Assembly (NCBI GenBank): GCA_964016885.1
Contig: OZ024742.1
Span: 283,464,001-283,528,000 of the forward strand
Origin: Eledone cirrhosa
Lineage: Eukaryota
DNA: 64,000 bases
Direction of reading: 5' to 3'
The notes under the pieces are model-generated. The model was given only the letters and a program-made list of their open reading frames with translations. It was not told where the DNA came from and did not search any database. Shown piece after piece: positions 1-13,872 of this stretch. The position numbers and the translations under genes are program-made. Each line of letters begins with the position of its first letter. Position 1 is the stretch's first letter.

Positions 1-2568
1 AGGTTATAATCGATATTCTTTTTTCTATAATTATTAATTATTTCAGCCAAGGATGTTGTATTAGCTAATGCGGCATTTTTAAAACTGTGTTTGTGGGTAT
101 TAAATCTTACTTTAAATTGGTTAGAAGTAGCTCCTATATATGAATAAGTTGAGTCCTTAGTGTTAATTTTACATTTATATACTATGTTATTTAATAAGGC
201 AATTTCCTTTTAATGGGCAATTTGCTTTGTTTCTACAGTTAAAACCATTCGTGAATCAGGGGAGTTAGTCAAATTAGGTGTGGAATTTACTCGACTTGTT
301 ATATGTGAAGGAGATGGTGGTTTGCTGCGGTTTATTTTAGTATTATTGTTAGTTTGATGTGTTGGTGGTATATTCATGGTTTTTTTACATTTTTATGCAT
401 TGTAGGCACTTATATTTTGTTGTATATTTTTGGTAGTGGAGTAGGAGAATTTGACCGTTGATCTATTTAAAATTTGATGGTATTTATGGTTTGGCGGGAA
501 GTTTTTCTCTAGGATAGTAAAAAATATTTTAGGGATATTATCTTTAATTTGTAGATTAAATGGAGCATTATACCAAGTAACTCGTCTATTACGGTTTCGA
601 TGTTGTTTTTTTATACGATCTATCCTGATGTTTATTAAGAGAGTTAGTATTAGTGAATTTATTATACATATGTTTAGTTAGATTTACTGATTTAGGTGTT
701 TTAGTCTGATTATTAGGAATTTTGTTAGTAATGTTATTAACATATATTGGAGTATTAGGGTGAATGGTTTTTTGAAAGTTATTATATTGTATGTGAGAAG
801 AGGTAGAGAAATTAAGTTTTAAGTTGGTATTTTGGGGTATAGTGTGAGTGGCATTTAGGTGTGTATTTTTCATTTGGTGTTTTTTGGTAATATTGGGTTG
901 TATGTTTGTAGTATTATTGTTACAAGGTATATAGACTAATTTGTTTTTGTGGCCTCTTCTAGCTAAAGCTTCGTTATAAAAAGTCGCATTTTTATCGAAT
1001 ACATCCTGGTTAGATGAAAGGTTAGAAATTCTAAGTGAGATATTATATGCTAGGTTTTTAAGGATAGATCTAGGGTGATTGGATTGTGAGTGTATGTAAT
1101 GTAAGTTTTGGTTAGGTTTATGGTAAGGTTGGTCGATACCCGTAGATAAGTCTAAAGTTATATCAAGGAAATTAACTACTTTACTGGTGTTTTCAAATGT
1201 AATAGTGAGACTATAATAGTCTTTGAGGAAAGTTCTAATAAGTCTTTTATTTTTTTCAATTTCTGATAGGCTAAGTGTAGTGGAAAGAAGAAGACAGTCA
1301 TCACGATATAAACCACCTTTAAGGCGGGGAAAAGAAGCATTTATGTTAAATAGAAGAAAGAAGCCCACAAGATCGGTAATTTGGGCAGAATCACTAGAGC
1401 CCATAGTAATGTCGAATAGATTACTATATGTATTTCTGGTCCAGTATTCCTTCTGAAATTCCAGTAGTGTTTGTCTAGTGTGCGTGATAATATTAATGTC
1501 ATCCATAGTTAAGTTTGATCTATTTTTGGCAAATATCAAAGCTTTGTTCAGGAGTATGGGTGATATAGAGGGATAATAAGCATCCATATCGAATTGTAGA
1601 AATGAAGCAGATGATTTATTTCTAATATTAGTAAACCAGTTAATTACCTGGGATGTGTTTTCCCAGAGTGGTAAATTAACATGTTTTCTTAATTATGGGA
1701 TGACTCTATCTAAAAGATTGTTTACTAATGATGCCAATCTCAGATTTGGAAGGGCATATAAGTCTTATAGAAGGATTAGAGTTAAAATTAGATTTGTGAT
1801 CTTTCAGGTTAAAGTGTGATTTTTTTCAGTCCCAAAGGTTCAGTTCTATCTTCAATATTGAGTTTATTTACTATGTTGTGTGTTTTGTTGTTGATATTGA
1901 TAAATGCCGCATTATTTGTTTTTTTTAATAATTTTTCCTGAGTTCTTTATAAATGAACTCATTGTAATTATCAATATCCATGTGGTACAGATTTCCAGTT
2001 TTGTCAGAGTGGACATGGATTTTGTTAGATTTTTTTAGATCCAATAGGGTAGAATCAAGATCCTTTTGAAAATTAGATTTATATTTCTTAAATTTGAGGT
2101 GTTTGATTAAGTTAAAAAGGTCTTTCTCGAAGTTTTCAAGCAAGGAGTTGTGTGGTGGGTTCTTATATGTAGTGAAATCATATAAATATTTCTTATCGGT
2201 ACATTTTGTTTTTTTATCAAAGTGGTAGGCGGTCCATCTGACCCTTTTGATGAATTGGTTGGTTTTTTTGTATCATAAGAAGTAAGAATTCATCCTTAGA
2301 AGGTATTGGTATATTCTTTAAAGAAGTTCCCAAGTATTGTTTTTCCATTGTAATATGGATAATGGACAAGAAAGAGAGCTCAATATATTTCTCAAGACAG
2401 CATATATATGTGTAGGTATGTATATTTCCTCTGATAATTTGTAATATTTAGACATAGATCTATATGATATACATACCAACACACATATATATCCTAGAAA
2501 CGATCGTAAAATGATGAATTTTTTAATATAAGGAACTGTTTCTTTGTTTTTATTCATTGTTTTTATTA

Positions 2569-2572
<4 letters not shown>
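1..2572 (-). mobile_element. Degenerate Penelope-like retroelement (RT + C-terminal GIY-YIG endonuclease) with an inverted terminal repeat at 2380-2572; continues past window start
   Basis: Minus-strand translation, with frameshifts and stops: KNIPIPSK..FIKRVRW (about 2320-2235), HSDKTGNLY, QFDMDAYYPSI, FDITMGSSDSAQ, GLYRDD, VNFLDITLDL, YIHSQSNHP, then NCRNKANCPLKGNC-IVYKC-YIGATSNQFKVRFNTHKHSF (about 240-80). Abuts a (TA)n tract. Confidence 0.9.
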
Positions 2573-2649
<77 letters not shown>

Positions 2650-2673
2650 TATGTTTTGAAACAGCGAGCGAGT

Positions 2674-2841
2674 TTGAAAATTAGAAATAGAAGCTTTCAC
2701 CGTATTTTTTTACTAAAGAAATTTTAGCCTAATAGTCGGGTTTAGAACCCTCAAATAAATGCCAAAAGATGAGTATTGACGTACACTATCAGGCTAAAAA
2801 AAGGTTAGTAAAAATATACGGTGAAAGCTTCTATTTCTAAT

Positions 2842-2846
<5 letters not shown>
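2674..2846. repeat. Short inverted-repeat element between two (TA)n tracts
   Basis: gaaaattagaaatagaagctttcaccgtat...tactaa is mirrored by ttagta...tacggtgaaagcttctatttctaattttc. Confidence 0.6.
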
Positions 2847-2928
<82 letters not shown>

Positions 2929-3057
2929 GAACAGATTAAAGTTTAAGCAAAGAATCTGACACACTCACAGAGACGCATACACATATAGAAACACACATAG
3001 ACATCTACACGTATTTAGCTTGTACATACTAAACTGTGTCAAATTGTTATGTTGAAG

Positions 3058-3186
3058 GAAGGAGAAACCCCAATGCACTACGCCACCGACCTTGTACCGA
3101 ACAAGACACGGGCGGAATTTGACGATACTGACGTCATCAAAACATTGCTGGCTTTCGGCGGAGATATCAGCTGTACCACCAAATTG
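3058..3186 (+). CDS. nompC: TRPN/NompC exon (ankyrin repeat)
   Basis: aag|GAA...TTG|gtagg, phase 0. EGETPMHYATDLVPNKTRAEFDDTDVIKTLLAFGGDISCTTKL. Confidence 0.85.
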
Positions 3187-4501
3187 GTAGGTTGTTATTT
3201 ATCTATATATGTAAATGGTAGATGTCTGTATGTATCCGCTTTGAAATTAGAAATCAAAAACGAATAGGCTACGTAGCCGGTAAACCCAAAATGGACGCAA
3301 CACACACATCGCTTTAGCGTTTCACCAGCCCCTTACTTCCTCAATCATTACATAGATGTGTGTGTATGTAATGAATATTTTGTATAATGTGTCTATTTAT
3401 GAATGTGTGAGTAGATGTGTGTATGTGTTGGTTTGCACTTCTGTTGACTGTATTTGTTTATGTATTTACGTGTAGATTGTCGACTAAATGATTTTAACTT
3501 GCTTTTTTTAACAATTGATGGAAGAAAAGATTTCAAATTGTCTTAACTCAGACCGTAATGGGCCACAACTTATGGTGTCTGAGACTCTTACCGGCAACAT
3601 AGCCTGGGAGTCTATTTTACCGGGACCAGCTACATAGCCACTCCCAATTAAAAACACCAACACTCACAAAATCATATACATTATTGTTCTCCGTCTCACC
3701 GGACAGATAATGGTAACGTTTATTTTTATGTATGGTACAGTAATTTATATAAAATTCTCTTTTTTTTTTTTTTTTTTTTTCGTATTCATATTTTTAAAGT
3801 TTGGCTTTTTATTTTTTTTTTTTTTGCAGTTGTCTCTGTGGAGAAATAGGGAGAGAATGAGAGAGTGGAAGCGAGAGATTATGGTAGCAAGAGAGAAAAA
3901 TAGAGAGCTTGAGAGTTGAAGAGAGAGAAAGAGAGAGAAAGAGAGAAGAGAGAGAGTGTGTGTGTGTGTGAGAGAGAGGTGGGAGAGAGAGAGGGAGCGA
4001 GAGAAAGAAAGAGATGAAGTGTAACAGAATACGAGAGTGAAAAGCGTAGAGAAGGGGAAATAGAGAGAGGCAGACATGGACACATACGTATTAAACACAC
4101 AAGCACACAACTAATGGCGAATGAGTTGAGAATTAAAGTTAGGAAAGTAATATAGAAATATCGACAGAGTAAAAATGAGAGACAAAAACTGAAACGGTCG
4201 AGATTTAAAGAAGAAAAGGAAAATGTGTAACAGACAGTAAGAGTGGATGACAGCGTTCTTTGTGCGTGTGTATATATGTGTGTATGTGTATGTCTGTGTG
4301 CATGTTAGTGTGTGCTTTCTATGTGTATATGCAATATGCACGCATGGGATTATATGCATATATCCATTTCATGTATGTATAATATTATGTGCCTTTGTAT
4401 GTATGTATGTATGTATGTATGTATAAATATATATATATATATATGTGTGTGTGTATGTGTGTGTGCGAGTATGTGTGTGTGTGCGAGTGTGTGTGGGTGT
4501 A

Positions 4502-4536
<35 letters not shown>

Positions 4537-4705
4537 ATGTGTGTATGTGTGTGTGTCTCTGTATGTGTGTATGTACGTACGTATGTGTGAATGTGCATAC
4601 GTCGACTTTGTCCATCGTGCTACGCAAAATGTAAGCCCCACGTAAGCCACCATATAATATATGAATCAATCATTTCTTTTAAAACGTCTCTTCCCAATCT
4701 TTCAG

Positions 4706-4822
4706 ACACGTGAAACTCCATTCCATTATGCTGCCCGGTCGGGCAACAGTAATGTACTTCTGGAAATCACCAAGAGTAAATGTCCAGCAGACATGCGTGC
4801 TATTGTCAATAAACAGTCAATA
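4706..4822 (+). CDS. nompC: TRPN/NompC exon (ankyrin repeat)
   Basis: ttcag|ACA...ATA|gtagg. TRETPFHYAARSGNSNVLLEITKSKCPADMRAIVNKQSI. Confidence 0.9.
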
Positions 4823-4877
4823 GTAGGTACTAATTTTACTTATTTCATTTCTTTCTATTATTAAAGTTGTGCTGTGC

Positions 4878-5480
4878 AGTAGATTGGCAGTATCGGGACA
4901 GTGTCGGAGAACATGCTTTGCGGCATATAGTTACGTCCCTTTATGTTTTTGGTTCGAATCCCGCTGTGGTTAGCTTTGTCTTTCATCCTTACGGGATCGA
5001 TAAAATAAAGTACCAGTAATGCACTGGCGTCGATTTAATTGATTCCCCCCCCCCCAAAAAAAAATTGTTGGCCTCGTGCATAAATCGGAAACCATTATTA
5101 AAGTTTGGCGGTGGATTGGTAGTATTGGTAGAGGGTTGAATGCCATGCTTTGAAGCATAGAGTTACAGCCCTTTACGATCTGAGTACAAATCCCGCCGAA
5201 TTTAACTTTGCCTTTCATCCTTATGGGGTCAATAAAATAAAGTACCAGTAATGCTCTGGGGTAATTGCTGACCGTATGCCAAAAAAAGAAACAATTATTA
5301 AAGTTGTGCATATGTGCATAAGACAGTGGATTAACAGTATCGATATTTAGTTACGACTTTCTACATCCTCAGTTCAAATCCCGCCGAGATTAACTTTACC
5401 TTTCATCCTTACGGGGTTGATGTAATCAACTTTCCCCGATATACAAATTGCTGTCTTTATGTCTAGATTAGAAATCATTT
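4878..5480 (+). mobile_element. Three tandem copies of tRNA-derived SINE family 1
   Basis: A-box-like TGGCAGTATCGG, B-box GTTC(A/G)AATCC, body aactttgcctttcatccttacggggtcgataaaataaagtaccag. Many copies in the window. Confidence 0.8.
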
Positions 5481-6320
5481 AAAAAGTTTTGTATAGAAAG
5501 TCTTTAGAGATGCAGATTTTTTAAATATAACTTTTATAGATATAAGATATCGTTTTCGTGGAAATTCTATCTAAAGAAGTAATATTTTTTTTTTTAATTC
5601 TCACTTTTAAATGTTTCATATACACAACCTTGATTTTCTGAATAACGAAGCTTCAAAATTTCCCAACCAAATAGATTTTCTCACTTTTCTTTATATCTTT
5701 TTTCACACGTTTTCCCTTCTTATTTTTATCCTTCATACACTTCGAAGGAACGTAGTCAAGTAATTAGGGTGTTGGGTTAACGGTCATAAAGTGGTGTGTT
5801 CGATTCCCAGACCAGGCGACGCGTTTTATGTCCTTGAGTAAAGCGCTTCATTTCACGTTGCTCTAATTCACTCAGCTAAAAAATGAGCACCAAACGGCTA
5901 CAGCTGAGGGTTCAAGACTCTACCTTATGGCGGAATTGGACGAGGAATTGTACTCTCGGTTGTTTAACGTCCAGTTGTTTAACGTCCAGTTGTTTAACGT
6001 CCGAGATAAGCTCCGAGCATCGTTCAACACACGCAAAGCATGGAAACTTAAATCTAAGACGATAATTCTAACTATAACTCATATACCTCGTTGTTATTGT
6101 TTCGGTTAGTTTTTTGTTGTTTTTCTTGTTATTGTTTTTCACTTGCTATGTCTGATAGAAATGGCAGTACCTATAGCTTTCATAGGAGTTCCGATAACAG
6201 TGAGATTATGGCCCTTTATGTTCCTTATTCTTCTTCCCGGTTGTGTTTTTGTTTAACTTTTGTCTTCGAATTCTTCAATTATTTTCTGTTTGTTTTCTTT
6301 TCTCTTCCTCCTTCTTACAG

Positions 6321-6419
6321 AATGGTTGGTCACCTCTGTTGGTTGCCAGTGAGAAAGGTCAGGTGGAAATTGTCAAGATTCTTTTGCAGAACAACGCTCG
6401 TATCGATGTCTTTGATGAG
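6321..6419 (+). CDS. nompC: TRPN/NompC exon (ankyrin repeat)
   Basis: ttacag|AAT...GAG|gtaag, 99 nt. NGWSPLLVASEKGQVEIVKILLQNNARIDVFDE. Confidence 0.93.
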
Positions 6420-6649
6420 GTAAGATTTATCTACAACACTATAGTTTTTGATAACATTGACTGTAATAATACCTTTATCATGATAACTTTGATATCTTTG
6501 GCTGTAATTATGTCTTCGTCTTACATAGCAATAATGTCTTCAATCTGAAATCTTTTACCACAATAATGTCTTTATCTTGATATCTTTCACTGTAATAATA
6601 CCTTCATAATATTAGTTGTTGTCTTTTGTTATTAAGTTGAAAGCTTTGA

Positions 6650-7390
6650 GACGATGGATTAACTGAACAGGTAGAGCGTTGGACAAAATGTTTTGCTGCT
6701 TTTAGTTATGGTTCTTAATGTTCTGATTTCAAATCCCGTCAACATCAACTTAGTCTGTTATCCTTCCTGGATCGATAAAATAAGGTACCTGTAACGCACT
6801 GGGGTCGATTTCATCGACTTTCCTTTTCCCTTCAAATTGCTAGCCTTGTGCCAAAAGTAGAAATTTAGGGTGGTCGATTGGCAGTATTGGTGAAGCGTCG
6901 GACAAAATACTTTACGCTATTTATAAGACTTTCTGCGTACTGGGTTGATATCCCACCGAAACCAACTTTGACTTTTCCCTTTATGGGTCGGTAAAATAAA
7001 ATACCAGTTAAGTACTGGGGCCGATATAATCCATTTTTCTCTATCCCCCAAATTGCTGGCTCTGAGCCAATGTTAGAAAAAATTATTAAATTGAAAGTTA
7101 GTTATTTCACTAAACTTCTAATAATTATTGATTATTTGCTAATTAAAACTGAAAGGCAGCATATTTTGTATGAAATATGATCACAAAAAGGTCAACTAGC
7201 TCGGTATTTGTTCTGGTTCTCTGCGTTCTGAATTCAAATATCTCCGAGGTCAACTATGCCTTTTATCCTTTTGGGGTTGATACGTACCAGTTCATTGGCG
7301 GTGGATTTCACCGAATTATTAATACGTCGGATGGGATGCTTTGTGGAATCTGTTCCGGATCTGTGCTTCTGAATTCAAATCTCGCCACCT
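6650..7390 (+). mobile_element. Cluster of degenerate SINE family 1 copies
   Basis: Repeated A/B-box heads and tcatcc..gggtcgataaaataa body. Confidence 0.7.
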
Positions 7391-7489
7391 CTCGCTGAAA
7401 AAGCGGTGACGTTTCTGCAAGGATTTGCGGCTGACAGATATTTTCCTTGGTTCAATCAGCTTTTTTCCTTTCATCTTTCCGAGAGGAAG

Positions 7490-7870
7490 AGGATGCCAAT
7501 CATATTTTGACGAGTACTAATCATATTTTTACAGTTAGCAATTATTTTGACTACTACCAATTTGACGGATGACAATTCACTGTTTACGGTTGTCAACCAA
7601 TTTCAACGATTACAAATTTTAGTTTGACAATTATAAATCCTACATTTCAAAAATTGTTAATCATATTTTGACGACTACCAATCATATTTTGATGACTGCA
7701 AGTCCTATTTTGACACTTGTCAATCATATATTGACTACCAGTCATAGTTTGACGACTGCCAGTCATATTACGACGACTGGCAATACTAATTTGACAGTTA
7801 TCAATCATATATTGACGTCTACCAATCATATTTTGATGGCTGTTAATCCAATTTTGACAATTACCAATCA
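7490..7870. repeat. Degenerate minisatellite, unit about 21 bp
   Basis: Repeats of gacgactaccaatcatatttt. Confidence 0.8.
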
Positions 7871-8027
7871 CTTTTTTTCTTTAAAATCTGCCCATGTCTA
7901 AGGAAATACTTCCCAGGAATTAAACAAATTGGCGAGTAACAGTATTTCCAGTTCGTTCTTTCTTTATTGAATTGTATTCCTAATTTGTTTATCTTTTTCT
8001 TCTATATTTTTTCTTTTTCCTTTCCAG

Positions 8028-8228
8028 CATGGAAAAGCAGCATTGCACTTAGCTGCAGAGAATGGCCATGAAGAAGTAGCAGATTTATTGCTAGAATACA
8101 AAGCTTTTGTGAATGCAAAATCCAAAATCGGTGTGACGCCACTTCATTTAGCTGCACAAAATGGCTTCTGCAACTTAGTAAAGTTACTCATTGAAAAGCA
8201 CAGTGCATCAATTGATGCCCTAACATTG
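8028..8228 (+). CDS. nompC: TRPN/NompC exon (two ankyrin repeats)
   Basis: ttccag|CAT...TTG|gtatg. HGKAALHLAAENGHEEVADLLLEYKAFVNAKSKIGVTPLHLAAQNGFCNLVKLLIEKHSASIDALTL. Confidence 0.95.
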
Positions 8229-8448
8229 GTATGTAGTGAATGCTCAACTCCTTCATTATGTGTGTGCGTGTGGGGGTGCGGGGGTGCGCGTGTGTGTGAG
8301 TGTGTATGTGTGCGTGTGTGTGTGTGCGCGTGTGGTTATATATTTGTGTAAGTGCGTACAAGAGAAATAGCATGTATGAGTTAGTATGTATTGAATGCTC
8401 GACTCGTCAGTATGTGTGTGTGTATATATATTATATATATATATATAT

Positions 8449-8539
<91 letters not shown>

Positions 8540-8906
8540 CTGTGCATAAATGTGTGTGTGTAAGACAGGGGAGTGTGTGTACGTGTGTTTGTGTGTATGC
8601 TTATCTATATATCAAAGTGAATATGAATGTGAGTGTATGTGTATGAGGGAAGTGTATGTTTGTGTGTTTGCGTGTGTGGGTGCTTATCTATTTATGTGAG
8701 TGTATGTTTATGAATGAAATGCGTGTTTGTGTGTGTAGATGTGTGAGTGCTTATCTATATATGAAAGTGAGTAAGTTGTATGTGTATGTATGTGCCAAAT
8801 TGAAATAATGACTCCTATGTATAATTTACCAATTTTCTTGTTTCTCCTCACCACTACCAACACCAAATATATATACATATATATATGCATATATATATAT
8901 ATATGC

Positions 8907-8938
<32 letters not shown>

Positions 8939-8952
8939 AACCAAATCAACAG

Positions 8953-9051
8953 AAACAAAAGACCGCACTCCACATGGCAGCACAAAATGGTCGTATTGAC
9001 GTCTGTAGTTGTTTGTTAAACATGAATGCCAATCCTTGTACAACAGACTCG
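8953..9051 (+). CDS. nompC: TRPN/NompC exon (ankyrin repeat)
   Basis: aacag|AAA...TCG|gtagg. KQKTALHMAAQNGRIDVCSCLLNMNANPCTTDS. Confidence 0.9.
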
Positions 9052-9125
9052 GTAGGTCTTTCATTCTATCTTTGGGCAAATGTTTGAGTTATCTTTTGGG
9101 GAATTAAGTTTGAATTTCATTCACC

Positions 9126-9159
<34 letters not shown>

Positions 9160-9300
9160 TTGGGGGGGGTGCGTGTGTGTATGTGTGTGTGTATATATAT
9201 ATATATATATAAATATTTACACATAAATCAATATATTATCAAATAATTCTCTGGACATGCTTTACTGTATAGTATATATATATATATATATATACATTTG

Positions 9301-9341
<41 letters not shown>

Positions 9342-9364
9342 ATCCATGTGCTACCTGCAGTATT

Positions 9365-9429
<65 letters not shown>

Positions 9430-9557
9430 ATATGTATATATGTATATATGTATATATATAAATATATATATGTATATTTAGTTATATGTATGTATGTATA
9501 TATATGTATGTATATATGTATGTATGTATATATGTGTATAGGTATATATATGTCTAT

Positions 9558-10154
9558 GTTGGTGCTACTGGTAACATGCATCCCAGTACAACCTGTCCCA
9601 TGGTCGGGTCGTTGGCGACTAAACTGGCAACCCCACCAAGGTTTCTTGGTGAGGAGGGTGACTTTGGACATCCTGCAGGACTAAAAACAAAACCTGTCAA
9701 AGGGCAAAGGAGCTCTTAAGAGTCAATGGCCATCCAAAATGACCGGGAGAGATGACCCCTTAGCCTTTGTCAAGGCAGAATTCTAGGAGAAGGAAAACTC
9801 TGATATAACACCTGCAACCCTGATGGTATCCAATGATGTTGACTTGTTCTTCTTTTTGGTAAATATCATCTTGGTTAAGAGAGTGGGACTGGCTTTGTGC
9901 AGTGCCTTTGCTCACTATAAAAGCTTCACAGCACAGGCATTGCTTTATATCTGGAGATCTCTCTGCACTTGTCGTCACATGGAACCATGGGCCCAGCACT
10001 ATATGTCAATAATTGTCACAAGTGTACTGTTTGTACCAGAGTTTTCAAGTCGCTGGCTGGACTAAAAAGTCACACTCGTTCAGCGCATTGGTAGGGGTTC
10101 TCCTACATGGATATAAAAGTAGTGGCCGTACTCGAAAACGAGTTGGCAGCCGCC
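9558..10154 (+). mobile_element. About 600-bp non-coding dispersed repeat, copy 1 (probable non-autonomous RTE-associated retroposon)
   Basis: Near-identical to 16481-17088 and ends in a (TATG)-type tail; related fragment at 10260-10470. Confidence 0.75.
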
Positions 10155-10504
10155 ATGTATATATGTATGTATATATGTATGTGTATATATATATATATGC
10201 GCGGGGACATAGAAATAGTCGGGCTGGACACCCGATCGTACGGTTAAACCACTGGGAGTGAAGGACCCCTAGCCTTTGTCAGGGCATTCTTCTAGGAGAA
10301 GGCAACTCAGGAAACTGGGATAACTGCAATATAAAACCTACGGCTCAGTAGTTACCGATGATGTTGATCTTTTCTTCTTTTCGGGTTATAGCTACAGTCA
10401 CTCAGAGAGTGGGATTGGCTCAGTGCATAGTCTTTCCTCACTTTAAATAATATCTTCACGCACAGGCATTGCACGATAGAATTAATTAATAATTATTAAT
10501 TGTT

Positions 10505-10690
10505 TATACTTTTGGCACAAGGCCAGCAATCATCTCAGTGCATTACTGGTACTTTATTTTATCGACCCCGTAAGGATGAAAGGCAAAGTTAACCTTGGTG
10601 GGATTTGAACTCAGATCGTAAAGGCCCGTAACTCCATGCTGCAAACCTTGGCGTCCGACCCTCTAACGATACTACCAATCCACCGCTTAA
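10505..10690 (-). mobile_element. SINE family 1 copy
   Basis: Reverse complement of the SINE head and body (ctggtactttattttatcgaccccgtaaggatgaaaggcaaagtt...gatttgaactc). Confidence 0.8.
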
Positions 10691-10772
10691 TAATTATTAA
10701 TAATGGTGTATCGTACAATGGCCATACTCGATCACGAGGGGCAGCCATCATATATATATATATATATATATG

Positions 10773-10843
<71 letters not shown>

Positions 10844-10869
10844 GGGGGGGGGGGTATTGCTATTTATTA

Positions 10870-11095
10870 GCAAAGGCGAAAAATTGGTATTGGTTCCGGC
10901 TCTCTGCTCTCTGAGTTCAAATCTCGCCGAGGTCAACTTTGCCTTTTATCCTTTCGAGGTCTATAAATAAAGTACCGGTCAAGTCCTGGGGTTGATTCTT
11001 CCTCTATATCTCTTTCTCAATTCATCTCTCTCTCTCTCTATCTATATATCTATCTATTTCTATCTCTCTCTCTCCCTCTCTCTCTCTCCCTCTCT

Positions 11096-11175
<80 letters not shown>

Positions 11176-11320
11176 ATTTTCTATCTTTCTCTGGAAGAAA
11201 TCTGCTGTACTCAGGCCTGGAAGGGGATGGGCTCCGCCAGGCTTAAAACGCCCAAGAAATGCCGTATATGAATACGACACCTCTACGACTCTATCAGGAG
11301 TTACGAGACCATGCCATACC
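10870..11320 (+). mobile_element. SINE family 1 variant with (CT)n and a 3' extension; second copy at 22375-22700
   Basis: Shared ggaagaaatctgctgta.tcaggcc...gctccgccaggcttaaaa...ctacgactctatc.ggagttacg. Confidence 0.7.
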
Positions 11321-12643
11321 ATTTGTAGCAAATAGAAACTACAACTTAATTGGGATATTTGATCTATTTATCCTAAACGGACGGTAGTCCGTTTAGTAAT
11401 ATTGTTGTGGTCGTGTTTTCGTTGGCAATCGTCTGTTTACGACAGTACAGCGCGGCTCTACTTTATTTAACTGAGATAAAACTTATATGAGCATGAACAG
11501 TAGATCATTACGCATCTTTTGGCTTAAAAATCTAGAAATTTGGTCCAGCGGGAAAAAGTTTATAATCAAAGTTTGCTGATAAATCTTGTGTTCAAGTGAG
11601 TGAGTAGTAAGCGTGACGCTAGGGGAGGTAATCCAGAAATGACGACGTTTGGAAAAGTTTAATTACTGCATGAAAGAAATGATTCAAAAATTGAACTTGC
11701 CCAATCTTCACAACATTGAAAATTGGTCAAAATTTGACAAATCTGACTTCAAACCAGATATGATTCATTTGAACAATGTTGGAAATCTTAAATTGACACA
11801 AATTTTTGCCAATGTTTTTGCCACCTGATCCTTGTTCTATCGCTGACTGACTAATTTTGTGACTTAATAAAATGTCATCATACTAGTAATGCACAATGGT
11901 CATTTTTAAATTTAAATTTTATTAAATAGTTGTTGCTTGCATTGCCTTAAAATAGTAACAAGAATGTACACATACTTTTTAAAAATACATCATTATCAGT
12001 CAAATCAGTCAAATGTCACTAAAAGCCAGGTGGTCGATAACAACTTCTATAAGATTAGTTACATGCTCACACATTGGATCACCTCTCATCAATGGCATTG
12101 GGTGTCTGAGATAATCGTGGAGATAACTGATGAAGTCACAAATGAAGTGATGGTCTTCCAGTGTGAACAACTCCCTATATCCATTGATATATGTGATGGC
12201 TTCCGATTCATAGGTGCATTTTATGAGGAATTCCATGCATCCGATTTTCAGTGATTCAATGGGCATTTTATCAGAGATGATAAGGTATTTGAGCACGTTT
12301 TGCTTTGTAAGTAAATTGGAGAGAATCACTGCAGTCAAAGTCATTTCTTTGCATGGGTTTTTGTCCATTCTAAAAAGTCAAAATGATAAAGTATTACTAC
12401 TATATAACTTATATCTATTGTTGTAACACCATTGAAATGCACAAGTTTCACCAATTCACTATTATGCACTAATCATCTCAAATGCATTCATGATTTACTA
12501 GCTTTGTCATTAAGCCAGTTGCCTCAACTAGATTGCAATTATACTCAAAAGAACTTTAAAATGTCAATCACTTGTCAGTAATTCACTATGATCATTTAAT
12601 TATTAGATAGTTGTTGCTTGCATTGTCTTAAAAAATAGTAGAC

Positions 12644-13734
12644 CAGATAGAAAAATGCGTACAGCAAAAAAAAGTAATATTGTTGGAATATAAACCTTTA
12701 AAAATACAGGACAAGAAACTAAAATAAAACTTTAAAAATACAGGACAAGAAACTAAAATAAAACTTTAAAAGAATAGGACAAGAAACTAAGATAAAACTT
12801 TAAAGAATTGGACAAGAAATAAAAAAATGTACAATAATATTAGTGGCAAAATGTTTTTATTCGTTTCCTGTGCTATGCCCCAGTATCTTCTTGATTAGTG
12901 CATAATAATTGTCATGCTCTCATTGTGCGTTGCCCCTGAGCGGTTGGTTCTGGTTGGGATTGGTTGGCTGAGCAGTTCTGCTCCGTCAGAATGACCATTG
13001 CAAGAAGAATTGGCCGATGCAGCTGCAGGTCTCCTCCAAGAATGCACTTCTGGACCCGCAACACCAGACGAAGATGGAGAAGACGACCGGGACAAGATGT
13101 CGACTCTGACCACCGACTACGGCACCTCCCTCAACCACCGGTCCTCCCTCCCTCTGTCCCGTCATCCCTCCAGTCCTCCTGCTCCCCCTTCCTGTACCAG
13201 AAAGCTGTGGCACGCATTCATCTGGACTGCCGGACTTGAACTCAAGGACAAGATGCAAGGAGAAGATGGACGGGTTGGTCAAGATCAAGGATGGGCGGGA
13301 CGACAAGACCGTCCGCTGCTGCTCAAGATCTGTGCTCATGGGCCCATGGGTCCATTCACATTATGCATGACACATGAGGCGTGTCGCCGAATGATGAAAT
13401 AGGGGTATGGTTATGGCCCAATTGGTGTTCAAACCAGGATCAAATGATCCCCCCGGTTTGACGACGACCTCTGAATGTGGAACCCAGAGCCTATGAATGT
13501 GGAACTCGATTTTTTTACCAATAAAAATTTTGCCACTAATATTATTGTAAATTTTTTTATTTCTTGTCCAATTCTTTAAAGTTTTATCTTAGTTTCTTGT
13601 CCTATTCTTTTAAAGTTTTATTTTAGTTTCTTGTCCTGTATTTTTAAAGTTTTATTTTAGTTTCTTGTCCTGTTTTTTAAAGGTTTATATTCCAACAATA
13701 TTACTTTTATTTGCTGTACGCATTTTTCTATCTG
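12644..13734. mobile_element. Foldback/MULE-like element with about 215-bp TIRs and a GC-rich core
   Basis: TIRs at 12644-12860 and 13518-13734, with about 34-bp internal subrepeats (caggacaagaaactaaaataaaactttaaaaata). Flanks atagtagac / atagtataa resemble a degenerate target duplication. Confidence 0.75.
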
Positions 13735-13872
13735 ATAGTATAATGTGTATTCGTTGGTGACGTTACAAATTAATATTTATGACAACACAGTATATATTAG
13801 AAAATCTAAGATAAATTTAATTCTTTTATTTATAACCCTCTCCGTGAAATGTAAAAACTTGTCAAAACATTA

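Noticed and set aside
4878-5480. tRNA genes at SINE heads
   Set aside because: A/B boxes run into a conserved non-tRNA body; no complete cloverleaf.
11937-12426. Overlapping 70-119 aa ORFs
   Set aside because: No recognisable motifs, and not needed for the TRPN exon chain; possibly an old repeat.
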